A stretch of DNA of 64,000 bases from Amoebophrya sp. A120 (lineage: Eukaryota > Protista > Dinoflagellata). Both the position numbers and the translations under genes were made by a program. A model generated the notes under the pieces. The model was not told the DNA's origin. It was given only the letters and a program-made list of their open reading frames with translations, and made no database searches. The stretch is from assembly GCA_905178155.1 (NCBI GenBank), contig CAJINV010000019.1, forward strand, positions 154,982-218,981, written 5' to 3'. Below are positions 48,201 to 61,800 of the stretch, piece by piece. How positions within the stretch are numbered: position 1 is the stretch's first letter; each line of letters opens with the position of its first letter.

Positions 48201-49992
48201 TTGATGGAGATGATGAACTTTGGTCAAAATTCTTGCAGTTTTCTTTTTCAGTAGGTACGCAAGATCACATCACTATCAACACGGTGCAACCGCCCAAGTA
48301 AAAAATTTTACTTCTAGTATAGATACGTATGCCAAGAGTCAAGTCATCTTACCTTCCCCGCAGCCACGCCTCGACTATATTTCCGCCCTGCTTTTTCACC
48401 ACCTTTTGCTGTTCCGCAGTTAAATCCTCCGGCATTTTGAAATAATGGTCCGTTAACCGCTGGCACCACGTTTGCAAGATGGGCACCTTCTTCAACGCCG
48501 GGAGCGGTTTGGGGCCGGACCTCCCTAGGCTGATGGAGCAACCCAGGGCAAAGAAGAAACGCGTTTTTCTCTGGTAGTCGTCATCATCCTTGGCGAACGC
48601 GAGAAGTGCGGACCCCGAGATCTCCTTCATCAACTCTTGGAGGCGCTTTTGCTGTTTTTTAGAAATGTTGATTTTCTCCTGGTCTTGAAATTGCGTAATA
48701 TTGGTAAATGGGATTTTTTCCAACACTTTTCTTTTCTTATCGAGATTCTTGCTTGTCGATAAAATTTTTGTTCGCATGGTGGTACGATCTATCAAAGGTG
48801 CGATTTTTTGAGTAGCGGACACTACAACATCCTTTTTTCACAATACCCCCAAAAGGAAACTCAAAAATTGTACCATGGAATTGGCTTCTTTTTCACTGCC
48901 GAAATTGTTCGTCTCGACGTCGTTTAGCCAGGAAACTAACCTATCCGTTACCAACTTTACCGCCTCGGGCAAGACGATTTTCTTCATCATCGGAAAACAC
49001 TCGATGATAACCTGATTGAATTTTCAACTGCAAGAAATGCGTTTTCTCATTTTTGTACGTGTTTCTTATTTTCATTTGACAAAAATATGCGAATAACGAC
49101 GGAACTCGCGGTTCTCATGCGAAAAAACGCATCTGCGCGTGAATGCTGCAAAAGCTGCAAGTTTCGCCGCAGTGAAAGTGCATCATACCGTTGTGATTCA
49201 GATTCTGAAAATTTGAAAACCGACGGTATGATGTATTTTCAAATAAAACAAACAGCCAACACGTCAATCACGAGCTAATGGTGAGTTTATAAAAAATTCA
49301 TGCAAGAATACAAACCTCAATCACGGCCTGAATGCGTTTTCTTCATTTTCGCGAGAGTACTTAAATGCAGTTCTATATGGAGTCACGATTTTGTAGAATC
49401 AATGAAATTTTTTGGCGATAAAGGACAAAAATTAAAAGTTTTCATCAAGAACCATCACCTAGTAGGTACTTACAATTGCAAGTTGACAAATATCAATCTA
49501 GTACCTGTTGGTCCTCCGGCTCTGCGGACTGAAATTTTGGGATGACGAGCCGAATGCACTCAATTCGGTGTCTATCGCAAGAAAAAGCTGCTTCACTGTA
49601 AACTTGTGATGCAGGAGAGAGACAATGAGATGCAGTTGCACAGAGGGGTCGTTTACCTTGCTATTTACAAAACTACATGTTGCAAGACAATCGGGGATGT
49701 TTAGCCGTGTTTTTATCTTTCCCGAGGAAGGACGACCGGCGCATGGCAATTTTTTTCATCATGTTGTAGAAAAGCAGACATTTGTGAAATACTTACAAGT
49801 ACAACACAGAGAAGCACTTTATATTCTTCTTGGATACTTCCGCACTTCTTCGGGTAGATCACTCAGTGCGGAGGCGAAATCTTCTTCATCAATCGCCTTG
49901 GTCGTCATTGCGGTAATGTCCTCCCCGCTCAAGGCTTGCTTGTCCTGCGCTCCCGCGCTGGGGGACTTCGTAGCCGCGTCCGCGCCGGTCAT
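45232..49992 (-). CDS. Multi-exon hypothetical protein with Gly/Pro/Lys-rich low-complexity regions and a C-terminal NLS-like PPDAKRAKTE
   Basis: Probable first exon MTGADAATKSPS at 49992; coding segments in ORFs 48349-48822, 46962-47819 and 46108-46413; four introners in the 3' part; stop at 45232. Confidence 0.6.
45292..45570. mobile_element. Family-C introner
   Basis: Perfect 32-bp TIR TATCCTGAGTAAAAACGTACCCACACCAGAGT; TSD gtggc/gcggc. Confidence 0.92.
45600..45749. mobile_element. Family-B introner
   Basis: Family-B TIRs; TSD gccgt/gcctt. Confidence 0.85.
45919..46149. mobile_element. Degenerate family-B-like introner
   Basis: TATCCTGTGCAAAAGTA...TACTTTTGCAAAAATGCATA; TSD imperfect. 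Confidence 0.55.
46445..46695. mobile_element. Family-A introner
   Basis: Family-A TIRs; TSD gcccc/gcccc. Confidence 0.9.
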
Positions 49993-52831
49993 TGTCGATT
50001 TTTTCCTTGTTCTTCACTTGAAGATGGAGTTGTTGTCGGTATTCAAGTAGAACTAAGAGTACTTGTCGTCCGTCTGCAGGACGAGTCGTATCGAGAAATT
50101 GGTCGTGGTCTTATTCTTGTTTCTCTTCCTTCTACTTCCAGTTTCGTCCGACTAGATGTTGTTCTGGCACGAGGACCAGGTGTGAGGAACACTTGGTCGC
50201 TGATGTTACTGATGGTGGCACTTGTTCGAGGAAAACCAAAACAGGGCGTCAGGGTCAGCGACCGGTACTTCTATATCGCTCTTCTTCGTCCTATGTAAAA
50301 GGTGGTGTCCTGGTGGTCCGTCGACGTGGTGAAGAGGAATTCGAATTTTTGACGTGCTCGGCGACGAAATGTTGCGAGATGTACTTCTTTTATTTATGAG
50401 CGGCGATGTAGCACCACAGGCACAGGCGGATTGCTTTCAATTAATATTGTTCACTCAACCACTGCATCAGCAGAGTTGCTTTTTTCCGTCCTCGTCGCTC
50501 CGGCGATTTCGTTGTGGAACCAAGAGGTCGGGAGTAAGTAACTTCTTTGTCAAGCTGCTGGTGCACTGCTGTCTTGTCGCTACTTTGTGCTGCCGCTGCG
50601 ATGAGTATTACTTTCGGAGTCCGCCGTGGTGAACTGCAACTGCTCCTGATGTGCAGCTCCGTATAATCTACTGATCCCCCTAGTTGTATCGGAGACGCAC
50701 ACGTCGCAAGAAGTGCACTAGCAGGAATCGCTGGCGCGTGCTGGAGTTGTCAAAAGTACTCAACTGTACTGGGAAGTTTTTTTTAATTTTTCATCCAAGT
50801 AGATGTTTGCTTGTTTAATGTTTCCTCGAAAGAAGTATGATCCTCTTCAGAAACTGCTCTCACACGATCTGTGAAAGTAGGACGGGAGAAGGATTTTTTT
50901 CTTTGCTTGTGCGGTTATCAATACCAACAAAATACGCATCCAGCACTTTCTTGCAAGACCCTTTATTAGTGCTGGGAATTCCTCGAAATTTCAAGTCGAC
51001 AAGAATACATTCCAAGTGAACTACTACCCGACCAGAGGATGACAACTTGGTCAGAGTTCTGTGCGTTTGCGATACAAAGAGATGGCGTCGACGTCCCAAA
51101 TAAATTTTCTACGACTAGTACGTCCTTGCGCTGAACGACAAAAGATACTTCTGTGGAGGTCGCGAAGGGTATCATTCAGGACAACTAGTTTCGACAAATC
51201 AAATCTTATTGCGAAATTGAATGGGAATTACTACATGCTAAGTGTCGCGCACTAGTGAAACAACAAGGAGGTCGTGTCGTGTCTGTGTGTAGCCTGTGGA
51301 TTAAGTCGATTACAAGATGCTGGCTCTTAGTCCGCTAGAGTACTAGCAAGAGATCCCGATCCCCCAAATTGATTCTTCGCCATTCGAAAAGACCACGGCG
51401 CAACATCAACTTCAGGCCAGAATAATATTACACAATGCCTTATTTTCCACCGCCAGCTCGTCAGACTGCAAAATCATATCAATTTCTATTCCCGCCATAC
51501 ATCAATTTTGTTTCGATGTTAGCCGTACCACTAGTCTATCTACTTCGATGTTGCTTGTGGTGCCAGTGGGTCCGATCTTGAACACTGAAAAAACCAACAG
51601 ATTTTTGTATTTTTTCGAAATTTCTCCTGTCGCAAGCTCGAGAGTTACTCAGTTGTGGCAAGCCGAGTAGTCTGAACTAGTTTCTCAATTGCAGAAAAAA
51701 ACCACACGCTGTCTGTCCTCTGTGGCGGTAGTTCATCTCGACAGATTTGTCTTTGAAGAAGTTTCATGTCACTTGCTGGTGCTGTTTCTACTTTCAAATC
51801 TGAGCGCTTTTATTGTCGGAGATAACATCATTCTCATTTCAAGCATCCGCATTCTTTCGCTCATCTTGTTGCGCACAGGTGATGGTGATGATCGTCCAAG
51901 CACCATAACAATACATCTCATTCTCGCACATGTCTGCCTCTGCGAGTGACTAGTACTAGTTCATCGCGTGCTGCTGTTGTAGTTGTATCGCTTCTAGTTC
52001 GTTCTACTACACGCTCATGTGGCCGTCGAGTGCTATAGTTTATACTGAAGCTATGTTAACTCAAAGAGCTGCTAGTACGGATTTTATCTACCACCTTCTT
52101 CGCGGTTTATTGATTATATTACAACTACCTTCTGGCTGAAAACTAGATTTGGATCCGGATCTCCATTTTTACTTCTCGAGTCCTAAATATCGAACGGCTT
52201 CATTTCGACGAGCATCGTTCTCTCACTCTTAGTATTTCTGTCGCGCAGCTAGGCAATTCTTCAAATTCATGTTCTTACTTTATTGAATAGGAATTTTCTT
52301 GTTAGGCAGTCAACATCAGAGTGCAACATGGAAAATCCTGAATCCCATGAGAGCCCCTGGCTACCTACTTATTGACGATGCCTGCTAACACGAAGAATTA
52401 AAGTACCCCACTGCTGAGAAAAAACTCGTGGAAAAAAGCTCGGTCAAGTATCTACTACTCCAGAAAAAAAATGAGGTCGAACAAGGAAGTGCTCGATGTG
52501 TCAATGAATGCAAATATGTTCAAACTACGGAAAAAAAGAAAAAAACTGTGTACCTGAAAAACTACTAAAAACAAAAACTAGACAGCGTCAGTGCCTGTCT
52601 GCTGCAGGTTGATATCCTGCAAAGTTGGAAACTACAGTAAAACCTTCTAACAACAACAAATAAATACGTCCATCGAATGGAAATAGGGTCGGCTAATTTA
52701 GAAGAAGGCTCGAGCTGCACCAGCACCCCGTTCTTTCGTCGAGCAATTTGCGCGTACAGCAAGCAAAGTAAAAGTGCAACTTATCTCGATTTTCTCTATC
52801 TAGTACTACAATTACAAAGACCTAAGGTTTC

Positions 52832-55800
52832 TCACATGATGACACAGCTGCAGGGCTGCGCATTTCCTTTTCGTTTCCCTCCACCCCCTGCTGTGGCATC
52901 ATCGTAGTTGTCGAATTGGTCCCGCTCCCAATTTTCGCCTGGCTGGGGCTCCCAGCCGTAGCCCTCACTTGATTCGGATTCCCCTTTTCTCTTGCCATAC
53001 GCAGACCAGTGCTCGCGCTCGTAGCTCATGTCCTTTCTTCTAGACGGAGACTTGATAAAGTCCTTCCGGTATCAACTGCAAATATGTCTGGGTCTGGAAA
53101 GTTGTGATGCAGGTCACTGAATAATAACCACACTGTAATGCGCCCCCAAGCATGACGACTTCTGTGTATGTGTTGCGTATTCCGCATGAGAAACTGCGTG
53201 TTTGCATGACAGGCAAGAGGAGCTCCTGGTTGCCACGCAGTACAGATACCAGAGTCATGCCAGACTAGCATGACAAATCTCGCAATGTCCCAGACCCAGA
53301 CATTTTTGCAATCCATATCCGGTGCTCGTACGTCGCCATCTTCAACGGGGAGCCGTGGCAGTGCCCGCACACCGTGGCGGCGCCGAAGGACCAATCGAAG
53401 TCTTCCCACTGCAGGAAGAACACGCCGTCGTCCGACTTCACAAAGCTGTTGTGAGGGTTTTTTTTTGGTGAGATAGTAAAATCCTTTCAGAATCATAGTG
53501 TTGTTCTTATAGTTGGAACAAGAGAAACAACACGAACTGCGATTCATCTACTCTGAAGGACGACGAGGCAGGATCCAGAAAGACCGATTTTTTTGTTTTG
53601 TTTCTCGTCATGAATCTCTTATTTGCAGCATGCGTGGATTCTTTTTCTTGTTTTGTTTCCACTTCCCCACGATAATGCTAATGGCTCTTTGACATGGATA
53701 GTAGCAGCGCACAAAGGTTTTTCTTGTGTTCGTAGACCGACCGCTTGCTTGCTCTTTTTGGTCCTAGCGATAAATCTGACTTCTGATCGGTTGGTTCCGA
53801 AGGACTGAACTGCAGGGCCAGCAGATAGCAGAGGTAATAGAGGTAGCGATAGCCATATTAGGTCGTTCACAAAACGCGCAACTTCCTATGTATTCAATAG
53901 CTCTATCTTACAGTACGGGGCAACAGTAGTGCGTCGGGTTCATTTGGAAGCGAGGATGAGATGGTGCTAAGAAAGGCTTCTTATTTCGGGCCGAGAGAGA
54001 GTACAAATTCGCCGCTTCATCTTCAGTTGGAGGTGGTGGTCAATGGGCTCAAAGGCGGAAAAGAATGGCACCAAGGGAAATGGGACAAGTATTAACGGGA
54101 TGAAGTTAATATCATCTGCGGAGATGAGAATCCATCGCAGAACATGCGGGATAACGCCGTGGACAGGACCTTTCATCCTCCTCCGTGGCGCCACATCTAC
54201 TTGGCCTCACTGTGGTCGGCGGGGCGATGATCATGCCGTTGATGGTACTTTCCGGCTTTTGAAGTAAAAGGAATTATTGCGGAAACAGGAGAGGACGCGA
54301 GGGTGACAAGAATAACTCAAGGGATGTCGGCTGGAAATAGTACGAAGGAAGCAACAACGCGAGCACGAAGAAGTGGCGGCCGATTCAGACTTGAGTTCGA
54401 TATATATCACATCTACATCATGCATAGAGGGACACCTCCACGCGTTTTCATTTCTTTTCCCATGATATATGATCACGATTTTCGTGCTGCTGAAAACTCT
54501 CATCTCGGTCAGAATATTGATGTTAGCGGCTCTTTCAATTATACAGACATGCTTTTGATTTGCTCCTTGTCATTAGCGATTGAAGATCTATCACCCTGAA
54601 GATCGGCTTTTGCGTATAAAATTTCCATAGGCAACCGTGATAGAGGTATCCGGAAAAAAAAGCATCCTTCCATTCCTTGCAGTTTTTTGTAGAATTACAC
54701 CGAACTTCGAAGGTCAAGCGCTATGCTAATCTTGGGCTTTCTTGATGTAGTACAAGTGTGACAGCAGGATGAGGACCTACAGCTAGACACCAATCATGGC
54801 ATGTAAATGCATACCAGCAGCTACAAAAGCTCGTCGCTTAAGTTCAGGATCAGCTGTTAGCGCGTCAGAAGATTCTGCTGGTGGTAGGGAGCTGCAAGAA
54901 TTCTGCTCCATCTTAGCCCGGCTCCAGCAAATCTGCGCCCAGTCTCCGCCGGGCAGCACCACCCGTGCTTGCAGCATGACCGACGCAGCGCGGCCAAGCG
55001 GATGAAAAGCAGGTCAGAATTATCTTCAAGACAAACCAGAAGCGAGGGAAGGTGGGAATAAAGGCTCTGGCAGAAATAATCCACCGACGTAGTGGAGTGC
55101 TGGCCCCAGACGGAAGCAGAAGCGGAAGGGCTGCTGAGGGTGCGTACTGGGACTCCGGGACTGGACTACAACTCGTCTGGGTCTGCAAACAATCAGCGAA
55201 GTTGTAGCGCATCTAATGCGTCTTTCTTTGATCGATCTTCGAGTTGTGATATTGATCAGGAAGCTATAGTTTTTTCTTCGTTAATTTACAGCTGGTGTTG
55301 AGCTTATCCGAGCGCTATAATGTAGCACATAGCTAAATAAGCACTGTAAGCATGATAAATTTTCTAGCTGCGCCAGGTTTCATTGGTGCTGACGTTTCTC
55401 CTGCCACAACAATGGCACACGAAGAGCGAGTTCCTACTGTAAGTTGAAGGTCTTATATTGCATACTAGTTGTGTCATGCGAACTGACGATGTCATTAGTA
55501 CTAGTGGGCACGGCCGTATTAGAAGATAGGAGCAAGGTTGCATTTATTTCGTCTCAGTTTCCTCGAGCACCCTAAATCGGCGTGGCCGTGGGGATATTAT
55601 CTTCTATGCCGTGTTGCAATACAAATTCCGAGTCCCCAATTTAGCACTATCTTTTTTTCGTTCATGCAACACGCCATTGATTAATTAAAACTTCCCCTAT
55701 GTACGTTACTTTCAGCTGTACTTGTGGACTAGCATCTTCATCCTGCCACCCTATTAATTTACACCTGTTACAACTTCTCTTTCCGAAGCCCCGCATTGTA

Positions 55801-58800
55801 AGTAGTGCCGCTGGCTGCAACATATTACGACCTCTACAAGAACCAGAGAGCTTCAGCCCTGCAGTTGCAGTTCATTCCATTTCCAGCATTGATTTCCAAA
55901 AACATAAGTCAAGCGCTACACTTTCCTTTCTCCTGATGTAATCTTCACGAGTACGTAGTGCAACGGTTGGTTTTATTCTAGAATTCGCCTGCGTAGCGCT
56001 CCACCCAGCGGCCAGCGAATAGAATCTTCACGAAGAAGAAGAACGGCATCATGCCAGCTTCTAAGTAGAGACCACATTCATCACTAAAGCAAACAAATGA
56101 CAATAAAGAGTAGAGAAACCAAATCAAAATAAACAATAAGTACTTGAGCGCCTTGGCAATCTCGGGGTAGTAGTCCCAGACCGCGCTCTGATCGGCCCAG
56201 AGTCCCGTCCATTCCCCGTGCCCCCAGGGATTTCGGATTTTCACGAACTTCGCGCGGGTACCGCCCTTCAGCCAGTACTGCCCCGCCGGGCACTTTTCGT
56301 ACATTTTCGCGGTGTCCGCGTGTCCGGCCATCTTCCGGATCATGGAGCCCTGCACCTGGTTTGGCTGTTTGAAGCTGATGGTGTCCTATGCATTGCAAAA
56401 ATGTCTGGGTCTGGAAGAATGCAACTTGTCATGCTAAATCTGAAACATGCAAAAATCTGTGTTGCATGATTACCAATAAAGCTGTTCACTTTTGAGAAGG
56501 CCGAGAGACAGTTTCTCATGCGGAAAAGGCATGGTAAAGATCTCACAAAATCTGTGACGCTAGGGCATGCATCACAGACCTCACACGTCATGCAAAACGT
56601 GCATGACAAACCTGGCAATCTTCCAGACCCAGACATTTTTGCATTTGATATGTCCCCGTTGCGCACGCTCAGCACCTCGTCCGGAAGAAAATTCTTCCCG
56701 CTCGTGGGCGTTTCGTAACACCTATCCACAGTAAATTTCCCGTACACGTACAAAGAAATGCGGTCTCTGCATGACAAAACTGGGCTCCGATCCTAGTCTA
56801 GCATGACAAGTGTTACACGGGAAATTGGTGAAATTTGTGATGCATTTTGTACATGTACAGGAAATTTGTATTTTTGCATAACACCACTTCAGCTTCCCGT
56901 GGTTGCCCTCCAGCTTGAAGTCGTAACTCTTCATGGTCTTCTGCATCACCGTGCCCCGCCACTTCGTGGGGGTCTCCTCCGAGTAGTGCCGGAACCGAAT
57001 CGGGCACCCGGTCTCGTTGACGAGGTGCAGGACCTTTTCGTTTTCCCGCTCCTGCGCGGAGATGGGGGTTTTCGTATGCATTGCAAATGTGTCTGGGTCG
57101 GGAAGGATGCAAAGTTTGCCATGCTTGTCTGGCATGACTGAAGAGTTTGTCATGCGTGTGCCAGAAGAGACCCTTTGACTTGTCATGCAAAAACGCAACG
57201 TGTCATGTGGAGAGCGCTACACTGAGCCGCGCAACTATTTCTCATGTTGCTTGGCTGATGTGCATTACAGAGCATTCACGATTCACAACTCGGCATTACA
57301 AGTTTCCAGACATCCAGGGATATTTGCAATGCATATTTTGCAAAGTCCTGCAAAAACTGCACGTAGCCGTCCCGGCCCCCGCGGGGCATCTCCATATCCC
57401 GCACGTCTAAGATGGAAAACACGTATCCTGAGTAAAAACGTCCCCACCCCAGAGTCACGTTGGTAAATCTGCAACACAAATCTCCAAGGTTTGGAAATTG
57501 TGCATGACAAGTTCTTTCCATCTGCAGTGTAGTGCTGTTTAGCAAGGGGAGCGCATGATAAATTCATTTTCTCATCGTGTTTACTTACAGCATTACAGAT
57601 TCCAAAACACGACTGGAAAGAACGCGTCTCATGGAGATGCGCATTACAAATGTAGTTCCTGTAGTCGCAAATCTGCATGACAACTCTAGGGTGGGACGTT
57701 TTTACTCAAGATAACACGTGCCCGGGGATCAGCCCGTCCTTTCCCTCGCAGCCCGAGGTGGTCATCAGGAAATTTCGGCCGCGGAAGTCCAGCATCTTTT
57801 CCACCGTCATCTGCGGCTCCAGGATCTGGTTGTTGGGGTTGCTGTGCCGTTTCGAAGTTTCCAGCTCGTAAATCTCGGAGCCGGCCGTGAGGGCCTCCAT
57901 CGCCTTGGTGGACCCGATGGGCGTGATGATGTTTTGCATCCCGCCCCGGAGGTTTTGGTAGCACCCCGCCCACTTCGCGAACGCCTTCTCGATCAGGACC
58001 GGCCAGAGCTCGCCCTGGGTGGCGGAGGAAACAAACTTCGGATTGGCGATGTTGCCCCGGTCGACCGGAATGCGGTCGTCGAGCAGCAGCCACCGGATCT
58101 GTATCCTGTGCAAAAGTATCGCACTCGTAGTAATTGCAATCATGCATTACAAATTTTTTTCTGAAGCTAAATCCGCATTACAAATGGTATTTCTCATGCT
58201 CACGAAATTTGTAATGCATTTATACGATTACGAGTACGATACTTTGGCAATGCATAATCTGCCCCTCGACGACAATGCGAAACGTGAACACCCCGAACTC
58301 CGGCACGTGCGTGATGGCCCGCTTCACGAACTCCGGGTCTTCGCGGTACGCGCACGCGGCCAGGATGGACGTGAGCCAGCAATCGCCCACGTTGTGCTGT
58401 CGGATGTCCGTCTCGTGGACGCCGTCCGGCGCAATCAAAAACTCCGGGTGCGATATGTCCGGGTTGTTGGCGATCCGGGACTTCAGGATCCAGGGTCTCC
58501 GCCAGTCGGTGGCGTCGCAAACCTTCCCGTACCCGTTGTCTCCGTCCGGGTCGCATTCCGAGCAAATCACTTTCCGGTCGAACGGGCCGTCGAAATTCAG
58601 ATCCACAAAAAGCGTCGCGTCCTCGTGGATCAACTCTTTCACTTCGCTCGTGCGCAACTGCAGGTCCTTCCCCACGGAATCAATCTGCTTCGCCGTTGCC
58701 TGGGTTTGCTCCTGCCGCACCTCGTTTTTACTCACCTCGCTCATCGCTTTAAAGTGCTGTTTCGCGATCACCGCGGTGATATAGCGCGCCTCCTCGACCG

Positions 58801-61800
58801 CAATATCGGAGTTGAAAGAATCCCGTTGGTGCTCACCCTCGAAGAAAGGACCACGGCGGAGGTGCTCCTGTGGGGCGGATGAGAAATTTGAATTTTTTAT
58901 TTTCGATGTAGTAAACATGAAGTTGACCACCCCACGTCGATTCATGCTAGTTGTAATAGGCCGCCGTCATTTGTTCCCATTGTAGGGACCGCTGGTGCAC
59001 GTCAAACACATAAACTATCATGCGGGGACTACTTCGAATGCTTTTGCTTGCATGTTTGTCGTGGTACCTATAGACACTTTTTTTCATACACTATGTCGAC
59101 AGTGCTTAAGTTGTACATGGTACGTAGTGAAGCTGAAGATATTGAAGACTCATCAAACAATACAAGGTTTATCAAAGACAGTAAGTACAACTAAATACCC
59201 TCCTCCTCTCGTCCCGCGCGCGCTTGTCGATAGCATTCTGTACTTTCTCGTCCCGGTCTCCGTCGTCCGAGGAAGGGCTACTGTGAGAGGAAGTTGTCTC
59301 TACTTCACTGGCCATGTCCGCTTGCTGTTGTTCGCCCTCAAACTGCATCTGGACTTGTTCCGGCGCCGCTTCCTCCCCCTCCTGGGAATGTCTCAAGTGC
59401 ACCGATATCAAATGCAAAAATGTCTGGGTCTGGAATGTTGCCGGGTTTGTCATGCATATTGTGCACCTAGACCAAACTACATGCATATTTTGCATGACCC
59501 AGGACGTCTGTAATGCATGGCCTAGCGTCACAGATTTTCAGAGGGCTTCCTGATGCCTATTCCGCATGACAAATACCCTCCCCGCGTAGCACAAACTAGA
59601 CCCCTCTTGCTGATCATGCAATACAGATTTTTTTAGTGTCCAAAGTTAGCATCACAAGCTTCAACCTTGCAGACCCAGACATTTTTGTACTTGATAACCG
59701 ACCTTCGCATCCCCGCTTTGTGGTTGGAGATCCGCGTCTATCCTGTGCAAAAGTATCGTACTCGTAGTAACCGCAGTCATGCATTACAAATCTCCATCCT
59801 AAGGCAAAACAGCATGACAAATACCATTTGTCATGCTGAGCCAATTTGTAATGCGGTTACTACTAGTGCGATACTTTTGCAAGGCATAGCGTCCGCACCG
59901 AGGAGCCCTCCATGTTGGTCACCTTCTTCACCGCTTTTAGTGGGACCTCCTCGGCTATCAAATGCAAAAATGTCTGGGTCTGGAAGATTGGAAGATTTGT
60001 CATGCACATCTGACATGAGCCATAAAGGCTGTGATGTATGCCCTAGCATCAAAGATGTTCTGAGTGCTTCTTGATGCATATCCTGCATGAGAAATCAATG
60101 CCCTCTCTCCACGTCGCAAAAACTGGAGTCCTATTGCCTGTCATGCAACACACATTTTTTTTTATTTTTTAGAATCCAACAATAGCATTACAAGTTGCAT
60201 CCTTCCAGACCCAGACATTTTTACATTTGATATCGGCGTGCCCGTGCTTGTGGACCGCGGACACGCGTTTGTAGACCTCGACCTGCGTGCCCCGGCGGTC
60301 CTTCTCCAAGTCGGAACCCGGAAAATTCATGCTGTTGTCGTACTCCACGTGCGAACCCAGAATGGAGTCCGCTTCCTCGCTAGTTGGCAAAGAGCCGTAT
60401 GCATTGCAAAAATGTCTGGGTCTAGAAACTTGTGATGCAAATCTACGAACAATGAATCTTCAATTGTGGGCGCGCTGCAATATGCAGCCCAGCATGACAA
60501 GTTTTTCAACTGCTGTGTGTTTCGTTTTTCGCATGACAAACTGCGTTTTTGCATGACAGGCAAGAGGCCCTTTGCCTGCTCATGCATCACAGATTTAAGA
60601 GTCATGCCCGACAAGCATGCCAAACCTTGCATCCTTCCAGACCCAGACATATTTGCATTTGATAAGCCATACTGGCTGACGATCTCCTCCGGAATGACCC
60701 CCTTCAACAGGTTCCGGACGGCTTTCTGGATCTCGATGATCCGCGGCAGCGGGTCCTTGGTGTAGAAAATTGGGCCGGTGTGCTTAATATGCAATACAAA
60801 TATCCCTGGACGTGGACGTCTCAGCGGAAGGATGAACCTGTATTGCGAGTCTCGCATTCCTGAAAAATCTGTATTGCATCATCTTCCTGAGTAACAAAAG
60901 TTCTCGCAGTCTCTCTTGTGGTCATGTTGCAAAAAGGCAGCTTCTCATGCAGACTGTGTATGAGCGGAGAAAGCGTAGTTCTGCAAATTTGTCATGGAGT
61001 ATCCTGCATTTGGAAGTAGAGCTCTCATCAACATCATACACAGCTTAGCATCACAAATTTCCAGACCCAGGTTTCGATATTTGCAATGCATAATTCGAGT
61101 AGCCGTTCAGGTCCGTAATGGGGGCTTCCATCACGATCCGGGTTAAGGGGCACACGCGGGCTATGGAAGTGTAAGAATCGAAATTGACAAAGTCGAAAAA
61201 TTTGTGATGCACAAGATCGATACCAGTCGCGGCCTCAGGAGTTTTCAAGTGGCGCATGACAAATTTTGAGAGCAACAAAATCCGTCTGTCATGCTGTTTG
61301 GGTAAAGAAGACTGCTCCTGTCATGCTACTCTGGCAACACATTGCATACCCCTAAACAGGCCTGCAATCGGTCTCACTTGCCTGCTCCCCAATACAGGCC
61401 TACGGTGCCCTACATTTTATGCATCGCAAATTTTTCGACTTTGTCGATTTCGATCCTGACACATCCATACGGGTTTCGCGCTGGAGCCGCTCCAGGAGCG
61501 ACAACCGGCGGAAGCAGTCCGTTGCCTATCCTGTGCAAAAGTATCGTACTCGTAGTAATCGCAGTCATGCATCACAAATCTCCATCCCAAGGCAAAACAG
61601 CATGACAAATTTCGTTTGTCATCCTGAGCCAAGAATTTGTAATGCGATTACTACTAGTACGATACTTTTGCAGTGCATATTGCCGAGTACCAGCCCATTT
61701 CCATCGGGAGCTTCCCGCGCCGGCGGTTGCCGTCCAGCATGTAAAATTCGTCGAAAAAGACGTAGGACTGCGGGTTTCCCTCCTCTCCGTTCTTCGCCAT

